NCBI GenBank assembly: GCA_002877875.1
Contig: PNIE01000064.1
Span: 1-47,783, forward strand
Reading direction: 5' to 3'
DNA from: Caldimicrobium thiodismutans
Lineage (GTDB): Bacteria > Desulfobacterota > Thermodesulfobacteria > Thermodesulfobacteriales > Thermodesulfobacteriaceae
Length of the DNA stretch: 47,783 nucleotides
Shown here: piece after piece, positions 19,065-29,200 of the stretch
Numbering within the stretch: position 1 is the first letter of the stretch
Layout: each line of letters begins with the position of its first letter
The notes under the pieces: generated by a model
Database searches by the model: none
Told to the model about the DNA's origin: nothing
Seen by the model: the letters and a program-made list of their open reading frames with translations, nothing else
Made by a program: the position numbers and the translations under genes

Positions 19065-21287
19065 TTATACCAAGGGAGGTAACTTAAGCACAGGATGTTC
19101 CACTTTTTCAATCCAAGCCTTCACTTCCTCTTCAGTTGTGGCCACTGTTTCATCGGCAATTTTATCTATAAGATCGGGAACACCAAGCTCCTCAGCCCTT
19201 TTCTGTAGCTTCTCCCTCAATTCCTCTTTTAACATCTTTGGCATCCAAACTACCCTCAAAAGACCTCCATCTGCAGCTAAAAACTTCTTAGAAGTTATAT
19301 AATGTTTAGAAACTCCCATAAATCCAGGAGTAACCTGCCCTCCTCCTACCATTCCTGCAAGAGTAGAAAACTTCATACCTGTAGGGGTCATACCCATATA
19401 ATCTCTGTTGACAATCATGATTCCATTAACAGATGGTAAGAGAGCTGCTATTCCTTCCATACATCCACAAACAGTCATAGGATCAATGAGAATACTATAA
19501 AGACTTACCCTCTCAACAGCTCCACGAGAGGTCTGTTTAACATATTCATTAACTCCACTAAACTGCCCAAGCACAGGATCTATCAATTCACCCTTAGGGA
19601 TAGGCTGATTTGGCCCAGTAGGATTTATCTGATAACAGGCTTTCCCATCAAGCCAGTTATAAGCTCCACAAGCACCGACTCTCTCAGGAGTTATCACACA
19701 TACATGATTAGGAGCAAAGCTCTGACATAGAGTGCATGAATAAAAAACATCTACTGTTTCATCAGTGAGTCCTGCAAGTCTTGCATCTCTTGCCTCATAA
19801 ACCTTCTTAGCAAGCTCAAGAATCTCTTTAACCTTCTCCTCCTCAGTATAAATAGTGACCTGACACTTATCCACAATAGCCCCATACTCCTGTCTCAGTT
19901 TGGCATAAAGAATTCTTCCAATGTGTTCAAATTTAAATCCCTTTTCTACAGCTTGTTTGCTAAATCTAAGCCACACAAAGTTTCTCTGACCAACATGCAT
20001 GATTCCTTGAGCATAGTTAATTAGATGATGAAACTGTCTTTCAAGAATAGCCTCAAAGTCCTCTTGCATATTCACTCCAGCTACTTTTACAACCACTGCA
20101 AAAGGTAACACATATGGAGGACCCTTTATTCCAAGCTTTTCCACCTCACTTATCTCAGGCCCAATAACTTCTATCTTTCCATCTTCAACTTCCTCTAAAG
20201 AGGCAGAAAGAAGGAGCTCAACTGCTGGAGATCTACCTCCTCCACACTCAAGATAAAGATCATCCTTTCTTACTCGTTCTCCTTCAAAGGCAGGTGCATA
20301 AGATACAGGTATGTCAAGTTTAACAGTCGTAACTTTAAGGCCTCTTACTTCCACAGCCCTATCTACAATCTCCTCGTGTGGCACCCTTGAAACCACATGC
20401 TCATAGGTGCAAATTCCATAGGGCTTAATCTCTGGAATATCCCAGTCAGAGATCACAGGAAAGCCCCAGTTTATGGCACCTGCACCGTTGGCATACCATT
20501 CATCTGAAACCGGGCCAAAGGTTATAGCAAAGGCAAAGGTTCTATCCTTATTGTAAAGGAGATTCCCAAGATAATCTCCTGGTTTGATTCCTCCAAAAGA
20601 CATAGCTACTCTGCAGGCAAAACCAATAGCAAAAACCACCGAGGTATAATCAGGCCCAAAGGGTATCAAACGAGTAGGCCATCCAAGCTGAACTCCTGCC
20701 TCTTTAAGAAGATAGGGCATATAAATTCCGTTGGTCTGATCATGCATAAAGACGTAGAGATTTTTCTCAAGAAGCTCCTGAGCAATCTTCTGAGCAACCT
20801 CTTTATTTGGTGGAGATCCAAGGATAGCCGCAAAACCCGGAGCTGTGCCATCTACAAACTCAACTCCTCTTTTTCTGAAAATAACATCATCAGCTGCTCC
20901 AAGCCATATATTGTCACTTATAGGCTCTTCTGTCTTAGTGTAGAAATTTGGCTCCTCAAGATATCTAATAGCCTCAATGATCTCTTCAGCAAAAAAGGTA
21001 GCCATTCCTGCATCAAGAGCAGGCCCTAAATAGGGAAGCCAAGTTTTCTCAGAGGGTATCTCAGGTAAAAGCCTTTTTGCCTCCTGAAGAACCTCCTCAC
21101 AATCCCCAAGTCTCTTCACTGGATATCCCAGCATAGCATAAATTATAGGAAGATAATAGGCTGTATTAGGAAACCCTATTTCTGCCTCTTTGCCAAATTT
21201 CTTTACCGCTTCTTCATACTTTTCCCAGGCACGCTCAACAATTTTATGAGCACCTCTTATGGCAGCTGTAGCAATTATTTTGGACAT
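19065..21287 (-). CDS. acsB: Acetyl-CoA synthase (bacterial type with N-terminal domain)
   Basis: FPNTAYYLP, FYSCTLCQSFAPNHVC, PMTVCGC A-cluster ligands. Confidence 0.97.
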   Translation of the reverse strand: MSKIIATAAIRGAHKIVERAWEKYEEAVKKFGKEAEIGFPNTAYYLPIIYAMLGYPVKRLGDCEEVLQEAKRLLPEIPSEKTWLPYLGPALDAGMATFFAEEIIEAIRYLEEPNFYTKTEEPISDNIWLGAADDVIFRKRGVEFVDGTAPGFAAILGSPPNKEVAQKIAQELLEKNLYVFMHDQTNGIYMPYLLKEAGVQLGWPTRLIPFGPDYTSVVFAIGFACRVAMSFGGIKPGDYLGNLLYNKDRTFAFAITFGPVSDEWYANGAGAINWGFPVISDWDIPEIKPYGICTYEHVVSRVPHEEIVDRAVEVRGLKVTTVKLDIPVSYAPAFEGERVRKDDLYLECGGGRSPAVELLLSASLEEVEDGKIEVIGPEISEVEKLGIKGPPYVLPFAVVVKVAGVNMQEDFEAILERQFHHLINYAQGIMHVGQRNFVWLRFSKQAVEKGFKFEHIGRILYAKLRQEYGAIVDKCQVTIYTEEEKVKEILELAKKVYEARDARLAGLTDETVDVFYSCTLCQSFAPNHVCVITPERVGACGAYNWLDGKACYQINPTGPNQPIPKGELIDPVLGQFSGVNEYVKQTSRGAVERVSLYSILIDPMTVCGCMEGIAALLPSVNGIMIVNRDYMGMTPTGMKFSTLAGMVGGGQVTPGFMGVSKHYITSKKFLAADGGLLRVVWMPKMLKEELREKLQKRAEELGVPDLIDKIADETVATTEEEVKAWIEKVEHPVLKLPPLV

Positions 21288-21303
21288 AAATCCATCCCCC
21301 CTT

Positions 21304-23886
21304 TTAACTCATACTTAAGCCTCTGAAAAGCTCTTTACAAAGTTCTATGGACTTTGGATGCCTCATGATAAGAAGATCTCCCCCTGCGAGAGCTAAAGTA
21401 ACCCCTGTTAAAGCCTCCATCAAAATACCCCTTGATTCGGCCTTACCCATAAGTTCATCTGTAGGAAGTCCTGCCTCCTTCGTCTTCCAAACCTCTCTAC
21501 CAATACTGCAAATAAAAGGAACCTGAAGTTTTGTATCCTGTGCAAAAAGGGCAGCAAGCCTAATCCTTTCCATCACAGAATAGGTGTATTCAAGACCATA
21601 TCCCAAAGCTCCTATAGAAGGATCCATAAGGATTTTATCTAAGGGAAGCCCCATATTCTCAAGAAGAATATTTAATTGCTTAGCAAGGTTTACATCAATC
21701 GGACTTGAGGCAATCACAGGAGTATTATATCCCATAGCTACCGCTGCAAGAGTTCTGTGGTTAGCCTCAACTATAGGTCCAATCACAGCCCCTCTCTCCC
21801 CAACTATATCCGCTACCTCCCTTAAAACCTCAACATCCTTTTCGGCATTACCTGATCCCCAAACAATTATAGGAACATCCACAGCTTTAACCACTGCCTC
21901 AGCTACCTTCTTGGCATGTTGAGGAGGTAAATTCAAAAAATTAGGATCTGTCCCCACTAAATAGAGACAGATAGCCTCAGCCCCATATTCCTCCACACAC
22001 TTTTTAGCCCAAAGGGCTGGATCATGAAAAACATCTCTATAATACTTGGAAAGACTCTCTGGCCAATCTTCTGGTTTTATATCAAGGATCTCAAAAGCAA
22101 ATTTGACACCATTTTTCATCTCTCCCTCAAAGAAATGAAAATTCAGGGTAGAAACCCCTCCCACTTTAATAGCCCTATCTCCCTTACCAATTACTACTTC
22201 CTTTATCTCCCCAGTAGCCTTCTCCATATAAAGATCCTGAGGAAGATTTTTTGCCCTTTCAGATAATGGCCTGTATATACCCTTTAAGCCCCCAATTTTA
22301 ATAGCCTCAACCTTAACCTCAGGCTCAGGCTTTGTCTCAAGCTTAACCTCAGGTTTTACTTCAACCTTTGTTTTTTCTTCAACAATCTCCTTAGCCTCTG
22401 GCTTCTCAATAACAGGTTTAACCTCTATCTTTTCCTCTTCACGAGGTTTAATCTCTTCAGGTGCTTCTTCTTTTTTGACCTCAGGCTTTACTTCAGGTTT
22501 AACCTCAGGCTTAATCTCTGGCTTTACTTCAGGTTTAACCTCGGGCTTAACTTCTTTTGCCTCAGGTTTTACTACTACTTCTTCAACCTTTTCCTCAATC
22601 TTTGGCTTTTCCTCTATAAAAGTCTCTCTCTCAACAGGCCTTTCTTCAGGTCTTTTTATTACCTCTTTCCTAATAGGCCTTGCCTCTTTCTTTTTCAAAA
22701 ATTCCTCTTCAAGCCTTGCAATTCCCTCCTCTAAGGACTCCATTCCCGCCTTAAGGCTCTTTAAGCTTGCCTTAAGATCAGAGAGAATCTCAATAAGGGT
22801 AAAGATCTTTTCTTCGGCCATTTCACCCTCCAGAGGAACCTCTTTTTCTATTACCTTTTCAACTATTACCTCAACTGGCTTTTCAATAATTTTCTCTACA
22901 ATTACTTCAACAGGTTTCTCCACCACTTTTTCCACCACCTTCTCAACTACAAAAGGTGGCATAAAAGAGGGGGCCTCCTCTCTGGGATAAAGCCCTGCCC
23001 TTTTCACAATCTCAGGAACAGCCTCCTCCCACTCAATAGCCATTATATGGACACCACAAACTCCTGGAATCTCTTTTACCTGCTGAATTATATCTACCGC
23101 AATCTGAATACCCTCTTCCTTTTTGTCTTTGGCATCTTCAAGTCTCTTTATGATTTCATCAGGAACCTCAAGCCCTGGAACATTATACTTCATATATTTG
23201 GCCATTCCGAGAGACTTGGGAGGAGTAATTCCTGCCAGGATGTAAACCTTGTCAAGAAGCCCAAGCTCTCGGCACCTCTCCATAAATTTTCTAAACTTTT
23301 CTACATTATAAATAATTTGCGTCTGAATAAATCTTGCTCCAGCCTTCACTTTTTTGGCAAGTCTTAAAGGTCTAAAATCAAAAGGCTCAGCAAAGGGATT
23401 CTCTGCAGCCCCAATAAAGAAATAGGGCCTCCTTCCCTTTATCTCTTCTCCATTTTCAAATCTTCCCTCCTTTAGTCCTCTTACCAGCTTTATCAATTGA
23501 ATAGAGTCTAAATCAAAAACTGGCTTTGCCTGAGGATGATTTCCAAATTTAGGATGATCCCCTGTCAAACAGAGAAGATTTTTTATCCCAAGGGCACTTG
23601 CTCCAAGGAGATCAGCTTGAATACCAATCCTATTTCTATCTCTACAGGTCATCTGCATAACTGGCTCAAGCCCTTCACTCATAACAAGAACAGCTGATGC
23701 CATACTTGAAACACGAACCACTGCCGTTTGACAATCCGTAATATTTACAGCATCCACATATCCTTTTAGAATTTTGGCCTTCTTCTTAATCACCTCGGGA
23801 TCAGCATTTCTTGGTGGCCCAATTTCAGCCGTAACTACAAACTTCCCAGAAGAAAGAAGCTCTTCAAGATGGCTTTTTATCTCCAA
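21304..23886 (-). CDS. metF-acsD: Fusion protein: methylene-THF reductase MetF + ~250-aa repeat/coiled-coil linker + corrinoid FeS protein small subunit AcsD
   Basis: One uninterrupted frame; N-part VTAEIGPP, QMTCRDRNR, LTGDHP, FIQTQ (MetF); C-part IASSPIDVNLAKQLN, ALGYGLEYTYSVMERIRLAAL, MRHP (AcsD). Probable start is TTG 23886 behind GGAGG (860 aa) rather than 23976. Confidence 0.88.
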   Translation of the reverse strand: MEIKSHLEELLSSGKFVVTAEIGPPRNADPEVIKKKAKILKGYVDAVNITDCQTAVVRVSSMASAVLVMSEGLEPVMQMTCRDRNRIGIQADLLGASALGIKNLLCLTGDHPKFGNHPQAKPVFDLDSIQLIKLVRGLKEGRFENGEEIKGRRPYFFIGAAENPFAEPFDFRPLRLAKKVKAGARFIQTQIIYNVEKFRKFMERCRELGLLDKVYILAGITPPKSLGMAKYMKYNVPGLEVPDEIIKRLEDAKDKKEEGIQIAVDIIQQVKEIPGVCGVHIMAIEWEEAVPEIVKRAGLYPREEAPSFMPPFVVEKVVEKVVEKPVEVIVEKIIEKPVEVIVEKVIEKEVPLEGEMAEEKIFTLIEILSDLKASLKSLKAGMESLEEGIARLEEEFLKKKEARPIRKEVIKRPEERPVERETFIEEKPKIEEKVEEVVVKPEAKEVKPEVKPEVKPEIKPEVKPEVKPEVKKEEAPEEIKPREEEKIEVKPVIEKPEAKEIVEEKTKVEVKPEVKLETKPEPEVKVEAIKIGGLKGIYRPLSERAKNLPQDLYMEKATGEIKEVVIGKGDRAIKVGGVSTLNFHFFEGEMKNGVKFAFEILDIKPEDWPESLSKYYRDVFHDPALWAKKCVEEYGAEAICLYLVGTDPNFLNLPPQHAKKVAEAVVKAVDVPIIVWGSGNAEKDVEVLREVADIVGERGAVIGPIVEANHRTLAAVAMGYNTPVIASSPIDVNLAKQLNILLENMGLPLDKILMDPSIGALGYGLEYTYSVMERIRLAALFAQDTKLQVPFICSIGREVWKTKEAGLPTDELMGKAESRGILMEALTGVTLALAGGDLLIMRHPKSIELCKELFRGLSMS
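22475..22554 (-). repeat. Degenerate 12-nt tandem repeat encoding (K-P-E-V/I)x6
   Basis: EVKPEVKPEVKPEIKPEVKPEVKPEVKK with synonymous variation between units; ends approximate. Confidence 0.9.
22835..22950 (-). repeat. Coding repeat VVEKVVEKVVEKPVEVIVEKIIEKPVEVIVEKVIEKEVP
   Basis: V/I/E/K/P periodic repeat in the translation; ends approximate. Confidence 0.88.
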
Positions 23887-24569
23887 GGCTTTTTCCCTCC
23901 ATTCAGTCTCAAATCTTCTCTTACTCTTACCCTTAAACCATCTCCACCAGCTGGTCTCCAATCCTTGGGCTCCCAAATCTCTAATAGTTTCTCAAGTTCA
24001 CCTCGGGCTTTTAACCTCTCAACAATTTCATGCCAAATACAAGGCATATCCTTTCTTACCTCACATCTCCCACCTTGAGAGCCTCCACAGGGCCCATTAA
24101 GTAAATTTTTAGCACACCTGGCAATGGGACAAAGCCCTGCTGTCCTATCTATAATACAATCTCCACAGCCTCTGCACTTTTCAACCCACTCTCCAAGGGA
24201 AAGATTAGCTCCATAAAAACTTGTATCTACCCCAGGATAAACCCTTATCTCAGGATATAAATCCGCTATCAAATTTACCCCAACTCCACAGGCAAGACTA
24301 ACTACGGCCTCAACCTTCCCTTGATAGTCTTTTAAAGGTTCCAAGTACTCGGGATCACACTGTCTAATAAAGGTATCTTCAAGAACCTCAATAGGCTTTC
24401 CCTGCAAAGTCCTTGCAAGTCTTATGGCCTCTGCTACAATTGAGACCTCCCTATCCCCCCCAGCAGAACAAATAGCCACACATCCTCTACATCCAAGAAC
24501 AAGAATCTTCTGATAATTCTCAATATTCCTTAATATCTCAGGAATAGGCCGCCTCTCAGCAATTATCAT
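23877..24569 (-). CDS. metV: Methylene-THF reductase small Fe-S subunit MetV
   Basis: GCRGCVAIC, RQC, ACGVG, CRGCGDC...CPIARCAK.LLNGPCGG...CEV...C.W. Confidence 0.93.
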   Translation of the reverse strand: MIIAERRPIPEILRNIENYQKILVLGCRGCVAICSAGGDREVSIVAEAIRLARTLQGKPIEVLEDTFIRQCDPEYLEPLKDYQGKVEAVVSLACGVGVNLIADLYPEIRVYPGVDTSFYGANLSLGEWVEKCRGCGDCIIDRTAGLCPIARCAKNLLNGPCGGSQGGRCEVRKDMPCIWHEIVERLKARGELEKLLEIWEPKDWRPAGGDGLRVRVREDLRLNGGKKPWR

Positions 24570-24967
24570 TTCCTCTCTCTCCCCTTTAATTCAAAATTTA
24601 AAATCTCTCGGTAGAAAGCCTTAACTTTGTTTATAAAATCCTCTCCATCAAGCCTATTTACAAAAAACATACTAATTCTCTCTGGTTCAAGACCAATTTC
24701 CTCAAGAATTTTTCTTGCTCCCAGAACTCTTTTTTCTGCCCTTTCACTACCTCTTCCATTATGACAAGTTCCTGGCATACAGCCTGCAACCATAACTCCC
24801 TTAGCTCCCTCCCTTAAGGCCCTAAGCATATCAGTAATCTCAATTTTACCAGAACAGGGATATCTTTTTATCTCAAGGCTAACAGGTACCTCAAAAAAAT
24901 CCTCTCTCTCTGAAAGATTAGTATAATTACAACAGAGGATGGATAGTTTAAAGCCTTTTTCTTCCAT
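24566..24967 (-). CDS. Second MvhD/FlpD-like [2Fe-2S] protein (Cys only)
   Basis: PCSGKI, GVMVAGC..GTCH..G, LEEIGLEPER. Confidence 0.85.
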   Translation of the reverse strand: MEEKGFKLSILCCNYTNLSEREDFFEVPVSLEIKRYPCSGKIEITDMLRALREGAKGVMVAGCMPGTCHNGRGSERAEKRVLGARKILEEIGLEPERISMFFVNRLDGEDFINKVKAFYREILNFELKGRERK

Positions 24968-25521
24968 TAAAAGCTTACCTCCAGATATTCAGGTTTTTCC
25001 CTAAGCTCTATAGCCCTTGCCGGACACTCTCTCACACAAATACCACAAGCTCTGCACTTACTTTTCTCAATAAAGGCATACCTCTCCTCTTTAATACTTA
25101 TAGCTTGGAAAGGACAAGTTCTTACACAGGTCAGACAAAGAATGCACTTCGAAGGATTAACCCTTGCAAAAACACCCAATTCAAAAAGCTTCTCCTCATC
25201 AACGAGGCCTCTATCCAAAACATAGTCCCTTAAAGCTTTTATTACCTCCTTTGGTTTTACATCCATAGGACAAACAGGAACGCAGGACCCACACTGGGAA
25301 CAATACCAGAGAAGCTCATTGAGAACCTCACTTAGCATCCCGTTCAGAAAAAGATGTACAATCTTTCTTGGATCAAAAACAAAGCTTGTCTTCTTTACAG
25401 GGCAGATTCCTGAACAGGCCCCACATCTAAAACACTGATCAAAGGTTATAACTCTATCTTTAACAAATTCCTTAACCTCCCTTTCATTAATGGAAACCTT
25501 CATTAATTTTTCCTCCCTCAA
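24967..25521 (-). CDS. HdrC-like 2[4Fe-4S] domain fused to a C-terminal 2[4Fe-4S] ferredoxin
   Basis: CFRCGACSGICP...DPRK...LWYCSQCGSCVPVCP (HdrC-like) plus CILCLTCVRTCP and CRACGICVRECP. Confidence 0.85.
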   Translation of the reverse strand: MREEKLMKVSINEREVKEFVKDRVITFDQCFRCGACSGICPVKKTSFVFDPRKIVHLFLNGMLSEVLNELLWYCSQCGSCVPVCPMDVKPKEVIKALRDYVLDRGLVDEEKLFELGVFARVNPSKCILCLTCVRTCPFQAISIKEERYAFIEKSKCRACGICVRECPARAIELREKPEYLEVSF

Positions 25522-26228
25522 GTCTTCATAATCTTAGAAAGAATAGGATTTAACTCCTCAACACTTGCTCTTGTTTTTTCAACTATATAATCAAGGCTCT
25601 TTGGCCCATCCTTAAGAAGGGACTTAACCTCTATTTCATAGAGTTTATTTTTAAGCAGGGGCAATAACTTTTCCTCCACCTTCTTATTAATCGTTTCCAG
25701 AGAAAAATCCTGCATCCTTTTCAGTTCCTTAGCCACATTTCCAAAGGCAGTTCGAACCTGCATATTTTTACATACTTCAACTGCTGAGTCAAGATAAAAG
25801 GAAAGATCTTCCTTCTTTAGCCCCTCTGAACTTCCAAGGGGCCCAAGCTCCTTAATCTTTAACATATAAGTCTTTATATCTTCCACCAATTTAGCAGGCT
25901 CAGCACTTGAGATCCATTCCAACTTAAAACGTTCCTCATTAATCCCTATAAGCTTCATAAGATTTCTTACCATCTCTCCCATAATAAGGGCCTGAAAATT
26001 TCCTTCAATATATTTACACTCTCCAAGCTTACATCCACCAACCATTACAGCATCAGCCCCATTTTTAAAAGCCTCCATTACAAAAAGAGGATCCACTCTA
26101 CCACTACACATAACCCTTATAACTCTATGATAAGGTGGATAGGTCTGGCGAGCCACACCGGCCGCGTCAGCTGCGGCATAGCATCACCAATGGCACATAA
26201 AACTAAGTATCCTTGGCTCAAACTCCAT
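25518..26228 (-). CDS. mvhD: Selenocysteine MvhD with C-terminal extension (236 aa, Sec15)
   Basis: ATG 26228 behind AGGAGG gives MEFEPRILSFMCHW-U-CYAAADAAG; TGA 26186-26184 falls at the Cys/Sec of the MvhD CxWC motif; in frame with the 212-aa ORF (VMCSGRVDP, GCKLGECKY). Confidence 0.92.
26145..26170 (-). promoter_or_regulatory. Putative SECIS of mvhD
   Basis: CUG-AC-GCGGCC-[GGUGU]-GGCUCGC-CAG hairpin; loop starts 24 nt after UGA and resembles the fdh loop GGUCU. Confidence 0.7.
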
Positions 26229-26229
26229 A

Positions 26230-29200
26230 TTAACCTCCTGCAATCTCCTCTTTTCTCTCCACTTCTTCTATACGCTCCCTTTCACCAAAGCCTTTAAGTT
26301 GCTCAAGAATAGCCTCTCCTGTAAAGCCTCCAACATCTATGGCAAAAACCGGACAATGGGAAGCACAAACTCCGCACCCTTTACAGGCTGCCTTTATTAC
26401 CCTTGCCTTCCTTCTCTTGTCTACCTTTACCATCTCAATAGCTGAAAAGGGACATACCTCGGCACAAAGAGCACAGCCAATACACCTTGCCTCATCAACT
26501 TCAGCCACAATAGGTGGCACCTCAACAAAGCCCTTAGCAAGAGGTATAGCTGCCTTTCCAGCACCTGCTTTTGCCTGAGCCAAAACCTCTGTTAAAAGCT
26601 GAGGACTATGGGCAAGACCAACAATATAAACTCCATCAGTTGCGGTCTCAACAGGTCTTAACTTCACATGGGCCTCAAGGAGAAATCCCTCTTCACTCAC
26701 AGGAACTTTTAACATATTAACTACCTGGTTATTTTCTGAAGGAATTACTCCCACCGAAAGCACACACAAATCAGCAGGAATTTCAATCTCCTTATTCAAA
26801 AGCACATCAAAGACCCTCACCACAGGTTTATCCCCTTTGATAAAAACCTCTGGTCTTCTCCTCTGGGGAAATCTAACAAACTTAACACCTTTCTTTCTTG
26901 CCTCAAGATAATATTTTTCATAAAATCCATAGGCCCTCATGTCTATGTAAAGAATATAAACCTCTGTATCTGGATTTATCTCCTTAATCTTTAAGGCATT
27001 CTTTAGAGCCTGAACACAGCAGAACTTGCTGCAATGCTTAAGTTCCTCTCCACGTGACCCAGCACATTGAATCATTACCACCCTTTTTGGGAAAGACCTT
27101 TTTGAATTTTTAGAGAGCCTCTCCTCTAGCTCAAGCTGAGTAATCACCCTTTTCCCATCAAAAGGATACCTGGAGGGCCTATACTCCCTCCCTCCTGTAG
27201 CTAATACAACTACTCCATGATTGATAATCTCGGATTTATCACCAATCCTAAGAGTAGTGGTATAATTTCCAATATATCCAGAAATATTATCTATTTCTGC
27301 CTGGGTAAAGACTTTAATTTTGGGATGTGAGGTAACCTTATGGATAAGTTCATTCAAAAAGGCTTGAGGATCTTCCCCTGTAATTAAAAACTTTACTCTT
27401 CTTAGATTCCCACCAAGGTCTTTTTCTCTCTCAACCAGATAGACCTCAAACCCCTGATCAGCCAGCGAGAGAGCTGAAGTCATTCCAGCAACGCCCCCAC
27501 CTACCACCAGGGCCGAAGGAGTAACCTTTACTCTTTGAAGTTCAAGGGGTTTAAGTCTCCTTGCCTTGGCTACAGCCATTCTAACAAGATCTTTTGCCTT
27601 TTCGGTTGCCTTTTGAGGATTATCAGGATGCACCCAGGCACATTGGTCACGAATATTAGCCATCTCAATAAGAGCAAGATTTAAACCAGCCTCTCTCAAA
27701 GTATCCTGAAAGAGGGGTTCATGAGTTCTTGGTGTACAAGCAGAAACTACAATACGATTTAAACGATATTTTTTTATCTTTTCTTTTAATTGCTCAAGAG
27801 AATCTTGAGCACAGGCATAAAGAATATTTTCAGCTAAAACTACATTGGGAAGAGTCTTAGCATAGTCTCTCACTGCTTTAACATCCACCACACCAGCAAT
27901 GTTTACTCCACAGTGACAAACAAAAACTCCAATCCTTGGCTCATCACTCATAAGCTCAACATCCTCTGGCGGATACTCCTTAACCACCGTGGCCTTCCAT
28001 CGTCCTTCCTTTAGTAATTCAGAAACAAGGGCTGCCCCACCAGAGGCCTGTATAACACTCTCTGGGATATCTTTTGGTCCCTGAAAAGCACCGATTACAT
28101 AAATTCCAGGTCTTGTTGTCTCAAGTGGTGAAAGATAAGAGGTTTTAGCAAATTTGAATTCATTTAATTCTATGCCAAAAACTTGCGAAAGCTTTTCCGC
28201 ATCCTCAGGAGGAGAGAGCCCAACAGAAAGCACTATAGCATCAAAATACTCCCTTTTTACCTTGCCCTCCTCGTCAACGTAATTTAGAGCCAACTTTCCA
28301 TCAATTTTGTCAACCTTTCCTGGACGAGCCCTCACAATACGAAAACCATATTTCTCAACAGCATTCCTAAAGGATTCATCAAAGCCCTTCCCTTGAGTTC
28401 TGACATCCATAAAAAAGAGAGTGATTTCTGCTGAAGGCTCATGTTCTTTGATAACAGAAGCCTGTTTTACTGCATACATACAGCAAACACTGGAACAATA
28501 GGGTCTTTCGCAGGTTACATCCCTTGAGCCCACACACTGAATATAGGCAATTTTCTTAGGATGTTTAAAATCAGAGGGTCTAATGACTTCGCCCTCTGTC
28601 GGACCAGAAACACAGGTAATTCTTTCCATTTCAAGAGAATGCAATACATCACTAAATCTTCCGTAACCAAATTTTTCAAGAGCCTCCTTAGGAACTTTTC
28701 CAAAACCTGTTGCTAAGATTATAGCTCCAACCTCTAAGACTCTTTCTTCAGGTTTTTGAGAAAAATCTATAGCCTTTGGCCCACAGACATTAGTACAGAG
28801 CTGACAAGTCTCATGATTTAGTCTCAAACAAGTGGAAGCATCAATATAATACTTGGTAGGAACCGCCTGAGGAAAATCAATACGAGCAGCTCTTGTAAAG
28901 GTGAGATTTTCATTGTAAGTGTCTATAGCCAACCTTGGGCAATACTTCATACAGTCGCCACAGGCTGTGCACTTGTCAGGATCAATATACCTGGGATTTA
29001 CTCTTATCTTTACTCTAAAATTCCCTGGTTCTCCCTCAACAGAAAGAACCTCGGTTAGAGTCAAAATTTCTATGTTGGGAGACCTCCCGGCCTCCACCAT
29101 TTTTGGGGCAAGAATTCAGATACTACAGTCATTGGTGGGGAAAGTCTTATCAAGTTGAGCCATAACCCCACCAATTGAGGCCTTCTTTTCCACAAGATAG

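Noticed and set aside
22475-22950. Repeats as a CRISPR array or contingency VNTR
   Set aside because: No unique spacers or cas genes; unit lengths are multiples of 3 and vary synonymously, so they are coding repeats
22475-22990. 171-aa plus-strand S/T/G/F-rich ORF
   Set aside because: Antisense shadow of the KPEV/VEK coding repeats
23887-23976. ORF-track N-terminus of the MetF-AcsD fusion (MGAQGLETSWWRW...)
   Set aside because: It lies inside metV and is not MetF-like; TTG at 23886 has a GGAGG SD and matches the expected MetF start
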